A stretch of DNA of 64,000 nt from an uncultured archaeon (GCA_902384455.1 CABMCB010000018.1:1-64000); one strand, 5' to 3'. Shown: positions 11,437-21,862, counted from the first letter of the stretch. The notes: generated by a model from the letters alone, not told the origin. Made by a program: numbers and translations.

Positions 11437-13188
11437 TTACTTTGCCTCCTTGGGTTTCAGTTCTTTCTTCATTTTTGCGGCTACTGCCTCCATTTCTTTT
11501 GGGAATTTTTCTTCGGGGACGTATTTGAGGCGGGCTATGTCGTCTATCACTGATACCGCGGAAATATCTTTTGGGTCCATTCCTGAGTCGAGCGCGGTCA
11601 TCGCCGTCTTGTAGAATGACATTACTGTGGAGAGTAGTCCGTGTTGTTTTTTGAGGCTGCAGAATGTGTCTACTTCGTGGAATGCGTTTTGCTGGAGTAT
11701 GTCTTCACGTATCATCCGGGCGATGTCGAGTACCACGCGTTCTCTTGCCGGCAGCGCGTCGGGTCCGACAAGCTGCACTATCTCCTGCAGTTCGGATTCT
11801 TTCTGTAGGATAGTCATCGCTTCGTTTTTGAGCGTCATCCAGTCCGGCGCAATTTCCTTGGTGAGGTACGGAGTCAGGTGGTCCACGTAGAGGCTGTAGC
11901 TTGTCAGCCAGTTGATGCTTGGGAAGTGCCGTCTGTCCGCAAGCTTGGCGTCCAACGCCCAGAATACCCGCGTAACCCTCAACGTGTTTTGAGTGACTGG
12001 CTCGGAAAAGTCTCCGCCGGGGGGACTGACCGCGCCGATGATTGTGGCCGATGCCAACTGCTCCTTGCTTCCTAAAGTTACGACGCGGCCTGCGCGCTCA
12101 TAAAACTCCGCAAGACGGCTCGCAAGATACGCGGGGTATCCTTCTTCGCCGGGCATCTCCTCAAGGCGCCCTGAAATCTCACGCATGGCTTCCGCCCAAC
12201 GGCTTGTGCTGTCTGCCATTAATGCGGCGTCGTATCCCATGTCGCGGTAGTATTCCGCAAGGGTGATTCCGGTGTAGATTGATGCTTCGCGGGCTGCGAC
12301 AGGCATGTTGCTTGTGTTCGCGATCAGCACTGTGCGCTCCATAAGTGGCGCGTTGTTTTTGGGGTCCTGAAGGTGCGGGAACTCCTCAAGAACCTCAGTC
12401 ATCTCGTTTCCTCGCTCCCCGCATCCCACATAAACTATGACTTGAGCGTCGCACCACTTCGCAAGCTGATGCTGGCTGACTGTCTTGCCGCTCCCGAACG
12501 GGCCGGGAATGGCCGCTGTTCCCCCTTTAGCCAACGGGAAGAATGTGTCGAATATTCGCTGGCCTGTGACCATGGGCACTTCAGGGTATAGTTTGCGGAC
12601 GAATGGGCGCGGCTTTCTGACAGGCCACGTCTGATACCCTTTGACTTCAAAGTCTTTCTTGCCGTCCGAGACCACCGCCACAGTGTCTTCAACCGTGATT
12701 TTCCCTTCCGCGACCGACTTAACGGTCCCGGAAACACCCACTGGAACAAGAATCCTGTGGGTTACCACCTTAGTCTCAGGAACAGTACCGACCACATCAC
12801 CCGCAGTCACCTTCTGGCCCTTCTTCACGACGGGGGTAAAATCCCACTTCTTCTTCTTGTCAATAGGCGAAACAACAAGCCCCCTAGTAATGTATTCCCC
12901 GGCCTGCTCCTTGATTACTTCAAGAGGCCGCTGTATTCCGTCGTATATGCTTTTGAGAACGCCCGGCCCCAGTTCGACTGAAAGGCTTCTTCCTGTTCCT
13001 TCGACCGGCTCCCCGGGCTTAAGTCCCGCAGTCTCCTCGTAGACCTGAATGCTCGCTATTTCGCCTCTAAGGCGGATGATTTCCCCCATAAGCTGCTCGT
13101 CTCCGACGCGGACTACCTCGTGCATTCTCTTGCCCCGCATACCGTTTGCCTCCACGAGCGGCCCTGCTATGCGCGTGATGACTGCCAT
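11437..13188 (-). CDS. atpA: A/V-type ATP synthase subunit A
   Basis: P-loop [29 protein letters not shown]; normal length, no intein. Confidence 0.97.
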   Translation of the reverse strand: MAVITRIAGPLVEANGMRGKRMHEVVRVGDEQLMGEIIRLRGEIASIQVYEETAGLKPGEPVEGTGRSLSVELGPGVLKSIYDGIQRPLEVIKEQAGEYITRGLVVSPIDKKKKWDFTPVVKKGQKVTAGDVVGTVPETKVVTHRILVPVGVSGTVKSVAEGKITVEDTVAVVSDGKKDFEVKGYQTWPVRKPRPFVRKLYPEVPMVTGQRIFDTFFPLAKGGTAAIPGPFGSGKTVSQHQLAKWCDAQVIVYVGCGERGNEMTEVLEEFPHLQDPKNNAPLMERTVLIANTSNMPVAAREASIYTGITLAEYYRDMGYDAALMADSTSRWAEAMREISGRLEEMPGEEGYPAYLASRLAEFYERAGRVVTLGSKEQLASATIIGAVSPPGGDFSEPVTQNTLRVTRVFWALDAKLADRRHFPSINWLTSYSLYVDHLTPYLTKEIAPDWMTLKNEAMTILQKESELQEIVQLVGPDALPARERVVLDIARMIREDILQQNAFHEVDTFCSLKKQHGLLSTVMSFYKTAMTALDSGMDPKDISAVSVIDDIARLKYVPEEKFPKEMEAVAAKMKKELKPKEAK

Positions 13189-13189
13189 T

Positions 13190-13492
13190 TTAGTGTTTAG
13201 GTTGAATGTCGAATCCCACTGCTTCGCGCACTAGTTTGTTTACTACGTCCTGGCTTCCTCCGGATAGGTCCGGGAGTTCTATGACTATTAGGCCGTGTTC
13301 CCTTAGGTGTTGGATTTCGGCGGGGATGTTTTGCGCTACGCTGTGGGATATGAAGAGTATTCTTGTTTCTCCCGGAATCTGTTTTATTGCCGCCGTCACT
13401 GATTCTTTGTCTGAGGGTGCGACTGCCTTTGAGTCCTTCAGTCCCGCCAGCCGGTATCCGGTGACTGTGAGTGAGTCTCCTATTAGGTGCAT
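13190..13492 (-). CDS. atpF: A/V-type ATP synthase subunit F
   Basis: [29 protein letters not shown]; position directly before atpA. Confidence 0.92.
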   Translation of the reverse strand: MHLIGDSLTVTGYRLAGLKDSKAVAPSDKESVTAAIKQIPGETRILFISHSVAQNIPAEIQHLREHGLIVIELPDLSGGSQDVVNKLVREAVGFDIQPKH

Positions 13493-13493
13493 T

Positions 13494-14033
13494 TTATGTG
13501 AAAAGTGTTTTTGCTATTTCCGCCTTCTGCGCCTGCTTTACTCTTGCGAGGTATGCGGTTAGGGTGTTGTCTATTCTGACTACGCCGTCTTTGCTTTCCA
13601 CAACGACTCCGAAGTCGGATAACGCCCTTTTTTCCGCCTTAATCAGGTGGGCGTACGCGGGGTCGACGTATACTACTGCGCCCGGAATCTGCTTCAGCCC
13701 TTCGTCCGCAAGCGCTTTCAAGTACTTCTTTTTGTCCGCCTCAGACGCCTCAAGGACGGTCTTCTTCGCCTTATCAAACGCCTCGTCAATAAGCCGATTT
13801 TTCGCGGACTCCACAGTCTCCTGAGCCGAAAGCCTGGTTGCGGCGCGAATCCTCTTGGAAACCTGCTCAACACCCTTGCTCCGGCTTCTGGCGACCTCAG
13901 TAATAACGGCGTCGGCCTCAGACTTGACTTCGCCCTCGAATAGGGCAATGGAGGCGTCCGCTTCCTTGCTTATGGCCTCAGCTTCTTTTTTTCCGGCAGC
14001 CCTGATTTTGGCTTCTATCTCCGAGACTCCCAT
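13494..14033 (-). CDS. atpE: A/V-type ATP synthase subunit E
   Basis: MGVSEIEAKI start, coiled-coil N-terminus, GVVVESKDGVVRIDNT, IAKTLF. Start set at ATG 14033. Confidence 0.88.
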   Translation of the reverse strand: MGVSEIEAKIRAAGKKEAEAISKEADASIALFEGEVKSEADAVITEVARSRSKGVEQVSKRIRAATRLSAQETVESAKNRLIDEAFDKAKKTVLEASEADKKKYLKALADEGLKQIPGAVVYVDPAYAHLIKAEKRALSDFGVVVESKDGVVRIDNTLTAYLARVKQAQKAEIAKTLFT

Positions 14034-14114
14034 TGTAGAAACGACAGTAAGTAAGTATGAAGCCCTCTTTTTAAAATACCGCCTCCTACTTATCACTTAT
14101 TTACCTACCTCAAA

Positions 14115-16049
14115 ATGTTCAGACCAGCCCGCATGAAGAAGATGACGGCCGTCGTCTACGGCGGAGACATCGACGATGTTCTTTCCGGCCTTGGGGGCCT
14201 TTCGGCGGTGCAGGTTTATGATGCTGGAGAGTCTTTGGGAGGGGAGGAGGCGTACGGCCGAATTACCCATGTTTTAAGGAGGGTTAGTTCTTTCGTTTCC
14301 GACTGGAGTAAGCCGGAAAGCGTCAGGAGTCCTGCTTTGGGCGACGGTGTCGTCAAGGAGGCTGAAGACGCCTTAAGTACGGCGGAGGAGGAGAGTAAGG
14401 GGGTTGCTTCCAGGTTCGAAAACGCCGCCCAGCGCATCGCGCAACTTGAGGCTGTACAAAAGCAGCTTCGTCTTCTGAAGGAGATGGGACTGAATGCTGC
14501 GTGGCTTAAGGAAGGCAGGTCTCTTTACGTTAAGAGCGGGTTGATTGATGCGGCGGATTTAGCGTTGCTTACTGGCGTATTGGATGACCGCACTAAAGGC
14601 GGATTCATCATCCAGTCGTCGGGCGAAGAGCGCTTGCTTGTTGTGGCCGCAGTCGCATCATCCGACCGACAGCACCTTGACCACGCTTTTTCAGCTGTAC
14701 GCTTCGAGCCCCTTAACATCCCTTCCGACGCATCAGACACGTCAGAAGCCGTCAAAAAAACTGAAAAAGAAATTAAGGAAACCCAGAAGGAATACGCTGA
14801 AGCCGAAGCCGCGCTTACCGCATTCCGCCGCTCAAAAGCCCCGCAGCTTTTCGGCCTAAAATCGGCGCTTGAATTCGAGCATAAACTGGCCGAAGCCAAA
14901 AGCAAGATGGGAAGCACAAAACACCTTAGGATAATTAAGGGGTGGGTTCCGTCAAAAAAAGCGGAAGCAGTAGAAGAAGCAATCAAGGCGGCGACGAAAA
15001 AAGCGTACATCCTACGCTTCGAAGACCCCGCCAAAGAAGAGCTCGTGCCCACTTCGCTTGACAACCCAGGATTCACAAAACAATTCGAATCAATAACAAG
15101 GGAATTCGGCCTCCCATACTACGGCGAAGTGGACCCCACTTTGTTCATCGCATTCAGCTTCCCCCTGATATTCGGCATGATGTACGGCGACGTAGGCCAC
15201 GGCTTGATTATTGCGTTGGCGGGTCTTTTTGTCCGCAGGCGGACTGGCGGCCTTAACATGGGGACGGTCATCTTGCTTTGCGGGGCTTCAAGCATGGTTT
15301 TCGGCGCGCTTTACGGGAGTTACTTCGGGAAGGAGGATTTTATTCACGGACTCTTGTTTTCGCCTTTGGAGTTAGTCAAGGAAGGCAAGACTAAGACTGT
15401 CGTAGGCTACGCGCTCGCTGTGGGGGTAATCCAGATGGGCTTGGGCCTCGTGCTTTCTACCGTGAACCGCGCCTCGAATTTGGGTTTGAAAAACACCGCG
15501 TTAGGTTCGCTTGGCAGGGCGCTTCTTTTCGTGGGCGTAGTGTCCTTGATTACAGTGCTCTTCGGGTTTCCCATCCCAGCATTCACTTTGGTTTCCGCTA
15601 TTCCGCTGCCCTTAATCGGGCTTATAGGCGTCGTCCTACCGATAGGGCTGATTACGCTTGAGGAAGTAATCCACGCAAGCCACCACCACCCGTCGTTAAT
15701 GGGATTGGCCGGGGCGGCAGGAAACGGCGCGTTCGAAGCCGCAGACAGCATGATAATGTTCCTGTCGAACACAATAAGCTACAGCAGAATATTCATCCTA
15801 GTCCTAATCCACGGCCTCGTATCCGAAGTCATATTCACCATAGGAAAACTGGTGTCAGCCATTCCGCTGGTGGGCGCCGCACTCAATCTCGCGGTAGTAA
15901 TCGGAGGCACAGTGGCGCTTCTTCTTGCGCTTGAAGGCCTGGTCGTATACATACACACTATTCGTCTCCACTACTACGAGTGGTTCACCAAATTCTACAC
16001 CGCAGGCGGCATAGAATTCACCCCCTTCACCCTAAGAACGCTCAGATGA
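14115..16049 (+). CDS. atpI: A/V-type ATP synthase subunit I (a)
   Basis: MFRPARMKK, PYYGEVDPT, FGMMYGDVGHG, SNTISYSR (essential Arg), HTIRLHYYEWFTKFY. Confidence 0.95.
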   Translation: MFRPARMKKMTAVVYGGDIDDVLSGLGGLSAVQVYDAGESLGGEEAYGRITHVLRRVSSFVSDWSKPESVRSPALGDGVVKEAEDALSTAEEESKGVASRFENAAQRIAQLEAVQKQLRLLKEMGLNAAWLKEGRSLYVKSGLIDAADLALLTGVLDDRTKGGFIIQSSGEERLLVVAAVASSDRQHLDHAFSAVRFEPLNIPSDASDTSEAVKKTEKEIKETQKEYAEAEAALTAFRRSKAPQLFGLKSALEFEHKLAEAKSKMGSTKHLRIIKGWVPSKKAEAVEEAIKAATKKAYILRFEDPAKEELVPTSLDNPGFTKQFESITREFGLPYYGEVDPTLFIAFSFPLIFGMMYGDVGHGLIIALAGLFVRRRTGGLNMGTVILLCGASSMVFGALYGSYFGKEDFIHGLLFSPLELVKEGKTKTVVGYALAVGVIQMGLGLVLSTVNRASNLGLKNTALGSLGRALLFVGVVSLITVLFGFPIPAFTLVSAIPLPLIGLIGVVLPIGLITLEEVIHASHHHPSLMGLAGAAGNGAFEAADSMIMFLSNTISYSRIFILVLIHGLVSEVIFTIGKLVSAIPLVGAALNLAVVIGGTVALLLALEGLVVYIHTIRLHYYEWFTKFYTAGGIEFTPFTLRTLR

Positions 16050-16699
16050 AGCAACCCACACGGACAAATACTTCTGAACAAACAGGCAGCGGCACAAAAG
16101 TCCCCGACACTTCAGCGTCTGAAATACAGCCTCTTGAAATTGCGCCGCATTTACGCGAGATAGAGGCCGGATTCCTTAAAGAAAGACGGGTCATCAAAGA
16201 CGCCCTCATCAACCTCGTCCCGCAAGTTAGACGCATAGGTGTTGACGCAGTACTCCCCATCCCCACAAGCGGAGACCACGCAGCATACGCCTTAACCGCA
16301 GTCTGGAAGGCCCTGCACCCGGAAGACAGAATACCCAAAATAATCCCATCGGAAAAGAACCCGTACAAAGGAGGATTCACCGTCGGCCCAATTCAGCCCG
16401 GAATTAAGGCGCTGGTCATCGACGACGTCGTAAGAGACGGAGGCGCATTCCAAAGCTTCACCGAAGAACTGCGCAGGACGAATCCCACTGTAAGCGCGAC
16501 CACAGCAACACTATTTTCGTACCATCAGGCCTTATATCGCGCCGAGCTCACAGGGAAAGACGGCGACAGCATAGGGTTCTGGCACAAAAAAACGCAGCCT
16601 GAAGAGAAAGCCCTCATAAGAAAACTAATTGACGGCCTCGCGCAGGAAATAAAGGCGGAAGCAGACGTAAAGGGGAAGACGGACGGTTCTTTGGTTTGA
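16046..16699 (+). CDS. Type I phosphoribosyltransferase-like hypothetical protein
   Basis: ATGA overlap with the atpI stop; PRPP-loop-like ALVIDDVVRDGGAF and VLPIPTSG. Confidence 0.6.
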   Translation: MKQPTRTNTSEQTGSGTKVPDTSASEIQPLEIAPHLREIEAGFLKERRVIKDALINLVPQVRRIGVDAVLPIPTSGDHAAYALTAVWKALHPEDRIPKIIPSEKNPYKGGFTVGPIQPGIKALVIDDVVRDGGAFQSFTEELRRTNPTVSATTATLFSYHQALYRAELTGKDGDSIGFWHKKTQPEEKALIRKLIDGLAQEIKAEADVKGKTDGSLV

Positions 16700-16778
16700 C
16701 TGACTCACTTTGAAGATTACTTCTTAATGGAGGCGCGTCAGAGGATAGTTATTCTTGGGGTTCCAATAATTTAGCAGC

Positions 16779-17999
16779 ATGCCAGTTGTCGTCTCTGGAG
16801 AATCTGACCGCAATGCGCCTATTGCTCTGCCTCAGTCTCTTCCTTACCTGAACCGGCTCGGACGATTACACGGCGAATTCTACTTGGGCATTTTGGATAC
16901 CGTTTTGTCTGATGCCCCGCCAGAGGGCAAACAGGCTCAAATTAGGCAGCAGATTGGTTCGGTTCCAGCGCCCATGAGGACGGTATACTCGGAAGGGTTC
17001 AGTCGGCTAACTGAGAGGATGGGTGAGAACGCCTCGATTATAAGGGCACATCAAGGCGGAGAGGCGGCTTTCCTTCTTGGCTATTTGGCTAGAGCTCAGG
17101 GTAAGACTGAGGATGATGTGGCGCAGATAATGGCTGGAATATCTATGGCGAGTTATCATGAGCCTTATCCTGGCGTGCCGGTAGTTGAAGTTAAGACGCC
17201 CCTTTATGAGGGAACTCTGGCAAAGATTGGGGTCGTACCCCCGTCTGCACCGCATATCGCAGTCATCGGTGACGAGGGCGAGCCTTCATTCCTTCTGATG
17301 AGGCAGGACCTCATCAACCGCCCAGCTAATAGAAGTAGCGTGAAGCATGAGCTGCATCACCTTATGTGGGAGTTCCTCGACAGGTCAGGATTCCTACGGC
17401 AGGTCAACGAAGAATCCCCGGAAAGGGCTGCGGGTTTTTCCCGGTTCAGGAGCGAATTCGCCGCATACATCATAAGCGAGGAGGACATGATGGACAAGTC
17501 GCCTAAAGTCTTAGTCTACAGCGACGACCCGGAAGTACTGTCTTTGGCAGTCCAGACTAGGGATTACGCTGGACTGTGCATGAAGATGGCAAGGCGCAAA
17601 GGAATACCCCCGACAGACTTCATGTACGCGGCAGTATCATCAAGGTCCTTCGAGGAGCTAAGACAGACCTGCGCCAGACTGACTCCTCTTACGATGACAG
17701 ACGACAGGCCTTGCGCAGACGACGACGTAATTGAGGTCTTATTCAAGAACCGCAATAGACCGGGAATAGCCGACGTTCAGAGACAGCTAGTTGCCGACAC
17801 AGGAATGGTCGCTTCAGCCGAATCATTGGGCGAATATCCGAACCAGCTAGTAAGAGACGGGCTTTCAAGAAGGCAGAGCAAACCAATGATCCGCAAAGAC
17901 ATAGACGATTTCGCAGTATTCTGCCAAGAAGTATTCCACCAAACAATCGACAAGCAAAGAATAATCCAACGGTGGGGCCCCATATTATCCGAGAGATGA
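16779..17999 (+). CDS. Hypothetical protein with HExxH zincin-like motif
   Basis: 406-aa ORF; VKHELHH followed by a downstream SEFAAY. Confidence 0.65.
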   Translation: MPVVVSGESDRNAPIALPQSLPYLNRLGRLHGEFYLGILDTVLSDAPPEGKQAQIRQQIGSVPAPMRTVYSEGFSRLTERMGENASIIRAHQGGEAAFLLGYLARAQGKTEDDVAQIMAGISMASYHEPYPGVPVVEVKTPLYEGTLAKIGVVPPSAPHIAVIGDEGEPSFLLMRQDLINRPANRSSVKHELHHLMWEFLDRSGFLRQVNEESPERAAGFSRFRSEFAAYIISEEDMMDKSPKVLVYSDDPEVLSLAVQTRDYAGLCMKMARRKGIPPTDFMYAAVSSRSFEELRQTCARLTPLTMTDDRPCADDDVIEVLFKNRNRPGIADVQRQLVADTGMVASAESLGEYPNQLVRDGLSRRQSKPMIRKDIDDFAVFCQEVFHQTIDKQRIIQRWGPILSER

Positions 18000-18086
18000 A
18001 TCTCCAATAAAGGAACCAACAAGGGTTTAAGAGAAAAACCACACATACTCTGCCTTTTTATGGCGTTTTACTAATTGTTTGGTAAT

Positions 18087-18305
18087 ATGGTCGCAATAGA
18101 GATTGGCAAGGAATTTTCAGCCGCAGTCGCCATCGGACTATCATCCATGGCCGCCGGCTACGCTATTGCCGGAACGGGCGCGGCAGCTGCGGGCGCAGTC
18201 GCCGAGAAGCCGGAGGTAAGCGGAAAAGTCCTGCTTTTCGTGGCGCTCGCCGAGGCGATAGCAATCTACGGCCTCGTCGTGTCGTTGATGATACTGTTCC
18301 AGTAA
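18087..18305 (+). CDS. atpK: A/V-type ATP synthase proteolipid subunit K (c), copy 1
   Basis: Two TM helices, AVAEKPE loop, ALAEAIAIYG with the ion-binding Glu. Start at ATG 18087. Confidence 0.93.
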   Translation: MVAIEIGKEFSAAVAIGLSSMAAGYAIAGTGAAAAGAVAEKPEVSGKVLLFVALAEAIAIYGLVVSLMILFQ

Positions 18306-18332
18306 GGCAGCTTTTTGCATCGACGTTTGATG

Positions 18333-18359
18333 CGGCCTTAAGTTTAGGGCCGTTTTTTT
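18333..18359 (+). terminator. Hairpin plus T7 tract after atpK
   Basis: CGGCCTTA-AGTT-TAGGGCCG followed by TTTTTTT, between convergent genes. Confidence 0.5.
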
Positions 18360-18389
18360 CATGCCCGACGTTTCCTTAACTTGAGAAGT

Positions 18390-18881
18390 CTATCCTCGGC
18401 CGTGTTTGTCTATGGGCGGGGGTGAGCGTTCGTAGTCTGGGCGGCTGTATTCTTTCTTTATTCTGTGGGCTCTGGCGTGGCGTATTTTGTTGAGTAGGTT
18501 GCTGTATGAGACTAGGCCTATTATGTTTCCTCCTTCTACGACGGGTAGGCGACTTATGTTGTTTTTCAGCAGTACTTCTGTGGCTTCGTCTATGCTGGAG
18601 TCGGCGTCTATTGTGAGTAGGCTGGTGGTCATTATGTCGCGGACGATTGTTTCGTCTGGGTTTCTGCCGACTGCTAGTGTCCGCTTAAGAAGGTCTCTTT
18701 CGGTTATTATGCCGGATACGTCGGCGAATGCGGGCGTGCATTTGGGGCATCCGACTGCCGAGCATTTGACGAGCAAGCTGCCGATTGAGTATTCGCTCAT
18801 CATTTTCGCCGCCTTCCTCACGTTCTCTGTGCAGTCGATTGTTATTATGGGAGAAGCCATGACCTCGCGTGCTGTGGTCAT
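18390..18881 (-). CDS. CBS domain pair protein
   Basis: AREVMASPIITI, IGSLLV, GIITERDLL, ISRLPVV. Confidence 0.9.
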   Translation of the reverse strand: MTTAREVMASPIITIDCTENVRKAAKMMSEYSIGSLLVKCSAVGCPKCTPAFADVSGIITERDLLKRTLAVGRNPDETIVRDIMTTSLLTIDADSSIDEATEVLLKNNISRLPVVEGGNIIGLVSYSNLLNKIRHARAHRIKKEYSRPDYERSPPPIDKHGRG

Positions 18882-18918
18882 CGTGGTAGCAAATTACCTC
18901 CGTGAATTTAAAAACGTT

Positions 18919-19953
18919 TTAAATGAGCAGCCAGCTGCTTTGAGGCACGCTTAAACCGTATGCGGCGTTTACCGCCGCTGCGCGAATGTTTTCCACTTCC
19001 ACTTCCTTGAAGTGCAGGTAGCCGGCCAGCCGCCCCAACCCGAACTGGTTTTCCGAATACGCTTTCCTGTATTCGCCGTGTATTAGGCGGCGAAGCCCTG
19101 CTTCCAGTTGAGTAAGAGGACCTCCCGCCTCAGGCATAAGCCCCGTCAAGCGCCTGCCCAGGTGAGTGTCTTTGAATGCCGCAACCCATTCTCCTTCGTC
19201 TGTTATGCCGCTTTTGAACAAATGCTGGGGCACGTTCACATAGGCGGGTATTACCACCGCATCAAGAGAGTAACCAAGACGCAGCGCCCTAATGTAGTTT
19301 AAGACGTTTGTCTTGTCTATCTCAAGGCCGGTGAGATTTCGCGCCGTTTTACCGTCTGAACCCGAAAGATTCGCAGCCTCCTTCCACAGGAGACTGTAGT
19401 ACAGCCGGTCCAAGGGAAGCGTCGTAGGAGGCATACCGTTCCTGTTTGCGCGGCTTCTGACCGACTCCTCCATAGCTCCGTAATAGATAGTTCCGTCAAG
19501 CGCTTTGGCGGCCTCCTCGATTGTTTTCGCTTCGTTTAATGCCGTGATTCGGCCGGAAATTTTTTCGGTTAGAGCGGCTTTAGGCCATCTTGGCTGGGGC
19601 GTGCGGCCTTGGTGTATCGCCACGAAGGCGTCCTTTAGGTATTCCACTTCTATGCGGCGGCTTCTTGCGGTGAAGTAGGGTTTTACTTTGTCGGGGGCTA
19701 TGTCTTCTACGAAGCGGGCGGCTGCAGCAAGGTCTTCTATGAATGCGGCTTCCAACGCGTAGGCGTCAGCTTTTGCTGAAGGTATTTTGGTTCTGTACGG
19801 AGTTCCCTCAAGCGCCCGGATGAATTCCGCCATGTTGGATGAGTCCGCAAGCGCCTTTTGCGATTGGGCGGATAGAATCTGGCTTCTTCGCGCGGAAACG
19901 CGGGTTGAAGCATACGAGTACGTTATTACTTGGTTGGGGGATAAGGCACCCAT
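18919..19953 (-). CDS. atpC: A/V-type ATP synthase subunit C
   Basis: YSYASTRVSARRSQIL, LEGTPY, LDRLYY, EIDKTN, KEVEVENIR. Confidence 0.88.
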   Translation of the reverse strand: MGALSPNQVITYSYASTRVSARRSQILSAQSQKALADSSNMAEFIRALEGTPYRTKIPSAKADAYALEAAFIEDLAAAARFVEDIAPDKVKPYFTARSRRIEVEYLKDAFVAIHQGRTPQPRWPKAALTEKISGRITALNEAKTIEEAAKALDGTIYYGAMEESVRSRANRNGMPPTTLPLDRLYYSLLWKEAANLSGSDGKTARNLTGLEIDKTNVLNYIRALRLGYSLDAVVIPAYVNVPQHLFKSGITDEGEWVAAFKDTHLGRRLTGLMPEAGGPLTQLEAGLRRLIHGEYRKAYSENQFGLGRLAGYLHFKEVEVENIRAAAVNAAYGLSVPQSSWLLI

Positions 19954-19954
19954 T

Positions 19955-20263
19955 TTACCGTATTTTCGCGAGTATGACGCCGACTGCGGCGTCCATATTC
20001 AGGCGGGCTTTTTTTTCCACGCGCTTGGATTCCGCTTCAGCCTCCTTGCGTATGGATTCGGCGTCGGCTTCCGCTTTTTTCTTGGCGGACGCCTCTTTGG
20101 CGTCCCATTCCGCCTTGGCTTTGATTTCCGCCTGGTTTATTGCGGCCGTTTTTCGGCTTTTTGTTTCTTCTGTTTTTCGGCGGGATTTCTCTCGTTGCGC
20201 TTCTATTTGCGCTGTGACTTCAGCCTCCACCTTCTTGAGGTATTCGAGGTCGTTTGAGGTCAT
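19955..20263 (-). CDS. atpH: A/V-type ATP synthase subunit H (G-like stator)
   Basis: 102-aa coiled coil (EAEAESKRVEKKA..AAVGVILAKI) directly upstream of atpC. Confidence 0.72.
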   Translation of the reverse strand: MTSNDLEYLKKVEAEVTAQIEAQREKSRRKTEETKSRKTAAINQAEIKAKAEWDAKEASAKKKAEADAESIRKEAEAESKRVEKKARLNMDAAVGVILAKIR

Positions 20264-21862
20264 TTACCTGTTTTTGACGAGTATTTCTATTGTTTTGGCG
20301 TAGGCGGGCCGTGTTATGAAGACGCCTAGTAGTACGCCGAGTGTTGTGGTGAATGCGAATCCTTTGAGCATTCCTGCGCCTATTGAGAGAAGCGGGAGCA
20401 TTGCGGATATCATTGTGGCGGCTGACACCATGATGATGAATATTGCGCGTCTTATGCGTTCGCCGACGTTGATTATTTTCTCGTGCATCTTCCCTTTCTT
20501 GAGGGTTTCGTCGGTTATGACTATTTGGTTGTCGACTCCTGTTCCTACTGCGGCGATTATTCCGGCTATTGCGGGCAGGTCGAGGTTCCAGTTTATGATG
20601 GCTGCGGCTCCTAGTATTATTATTATTTCGCAGAATCCGGCTATCATTATGGGTATGACTATTACCGGCTGGCGGTAGCGTATCAGAAGTACCAGTCCGA
20701 CTGTTATGAATCCGATTATGGCCGTGAAGAAGCTGTATCTTAGGAACTTGTATCCCAGTGTTGGGGGCGTTGTGGTGCGGGATTCTATCGCCAGTTTTGC
20801 GGGTAGGTTTCCGCTTGTCAGAAGCACCTGGTTCTTCTGTACTTCGGCGCGGGCGGCCTCTATTGTGGTGGCGCCGCCTGTGATTTGGGCGTTGTAGACG
20901 CATTCGCCTTTGGTGTCGAAGTTTAGGCGGGGGCTGCTTTGGAGTCCCGTCAAATCCTGAATCCACTCTTCATACGTCTTGTTTCCTTGCGTCTTGCGCT
21001 CCACAACGAACCCTGAGTCGGCAACGTAGTTTCTGATTGACTCCGGAAGGTGGTCTTCGTCGTCGCCCATTATGACCCGGTAGAAGCCAGCTTTCTTAAG
21101 CTCCAAAAGCTGCTTCAGAGTCGCGTTTATGTCGCCGTCGTAAGCTACTACCGGAATGGCGCTGCGGTTCTCTAAGACGTCTAAGGCAGTGCCTCCGTAG
21201 TATATGTCGCTTTGGGTTCCTACGCTGCTTATGTTTCCTAGAATGAGGTACGTGCCCGAACTGAAAAGTATGGTTGTGTTGACTGGGCGGTCAATGTATA
21301 TGTCCACTGGCCGGCCGAACTTGCCTGAACCGACTTCTCCGAATCTGCATGCGCCCTCTTTGGTGTGTATGACGGATACGGCCCACTCGTAGCCGGATGT
21401 GGTGCGGCCTATCTGTGTTCCCGTGGGCTTGAGGTCGACTGTTATTTCGTCTCCGAGCACCGCCAGTTGTCCGTCTATGCGTTCTTCGAATCGGGCTTGG
21501 CGGCGCAGTATGTCTTCTATTTGGCCTAGTTGTCCGGGGCTTAGGCCGGCTACTTGGACGATTATGTATTGGTCTCCCCAGGGTCTAACTGGTATGTCTT
21601 TGAGTCCGAAGCTGTTTAGCCGGCTTTCAAGTATTCCTTTCTCCACCGCCATTGTGCTTGCGTCCAGCTGGTTTTCCAGGCGCAGCTGCAGCTGAGTTCC
21701 TCCGACGAAGTCGAGGCCGTAGTCGAGGCCGTTTCCGAATCCTATTGGTTGGTCGGGGTTTAGGCGGGGTATGTTTGAGGCCAGCAGTAGTGAGAGTAGT
21801 GTTATGATGAGTGCGAATCGTACCTGTAGGCTTTTGAGGACTATGTTTACGGGTAGTTTCAT
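20264..21862 (-). CDS. secD: Protein translocase subunit SecD
   Basis: GLDFVGGT, RLNSFGL, SGNLP, PTLG, AVGTGVDNQIVITDE, LKGFAFTT. Confidence 0.93.
   Translation of the reverse strand: MKLPVNIVLKSLQVRFALIITLLSLLLASNIPRLNPDQPIGFGNGLDYGLDFVGGTQLQLRLENQLDASTMAVEKGILESRLNSFGLKDIPVRPWGDQYIIVQVAGLSPGQLGQIEDILRRQARFEERIDGQLAVLGDEITVDLKPTGTQIGRTTSGYEWAVSVIHTKEGACRFGEVGSGKFGRPVDIYIDRPVNTTILFSSGTYLILGNISSVGTQSDIYYGGTALDVLENRSAIPVVAYDGDINATLKQLLELKKAGFYRVIMGDDEDHLPESIRNYVADSGFVVERKTQGNKTYEEWIQDLTGLQSSPRLNFDTKGECVYNAQITGGATTIEAARAEVQKNQVLLTSGNLPAKLAIESRTTTPPTLGYKFLRYSFFTAIIGFITVGLVLLIRYRQPVIVIPIMIAGFCEIIIILGAAAIINWNLDLPAIAGIIAAVGTGVDNQIVITDETLKKGKMHEKIINVGERIRRAIFIIMVSAATMISAMLPLLSIGAGMLKGFAFTTTLGVLLGVFITRPAYAKTIEILVKNR

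Noticed and set aside
11437-13188. Inteins in atpA, top6B or RNA polymerase subunits
   Set aside because: Lengths are normal and conserved motifs are contiguous.
18087-18305. Na+-specific c subunit
   Set aside because: Neither copy has the Gln in helix 1 or the Ser/Thr after the Glu (they read EAI), so the Na+ signature is absent.
20220-20966. Long Arg/His/Asn-rich alternative-frame ORFs (also 28237-28899, 59516-60106, 62850-63599) and many antisense ORFs
   Set aside because: They overlap well-supported genes and are explained by A/C- or G/T-biased synonymous sites suppressing stop codons.
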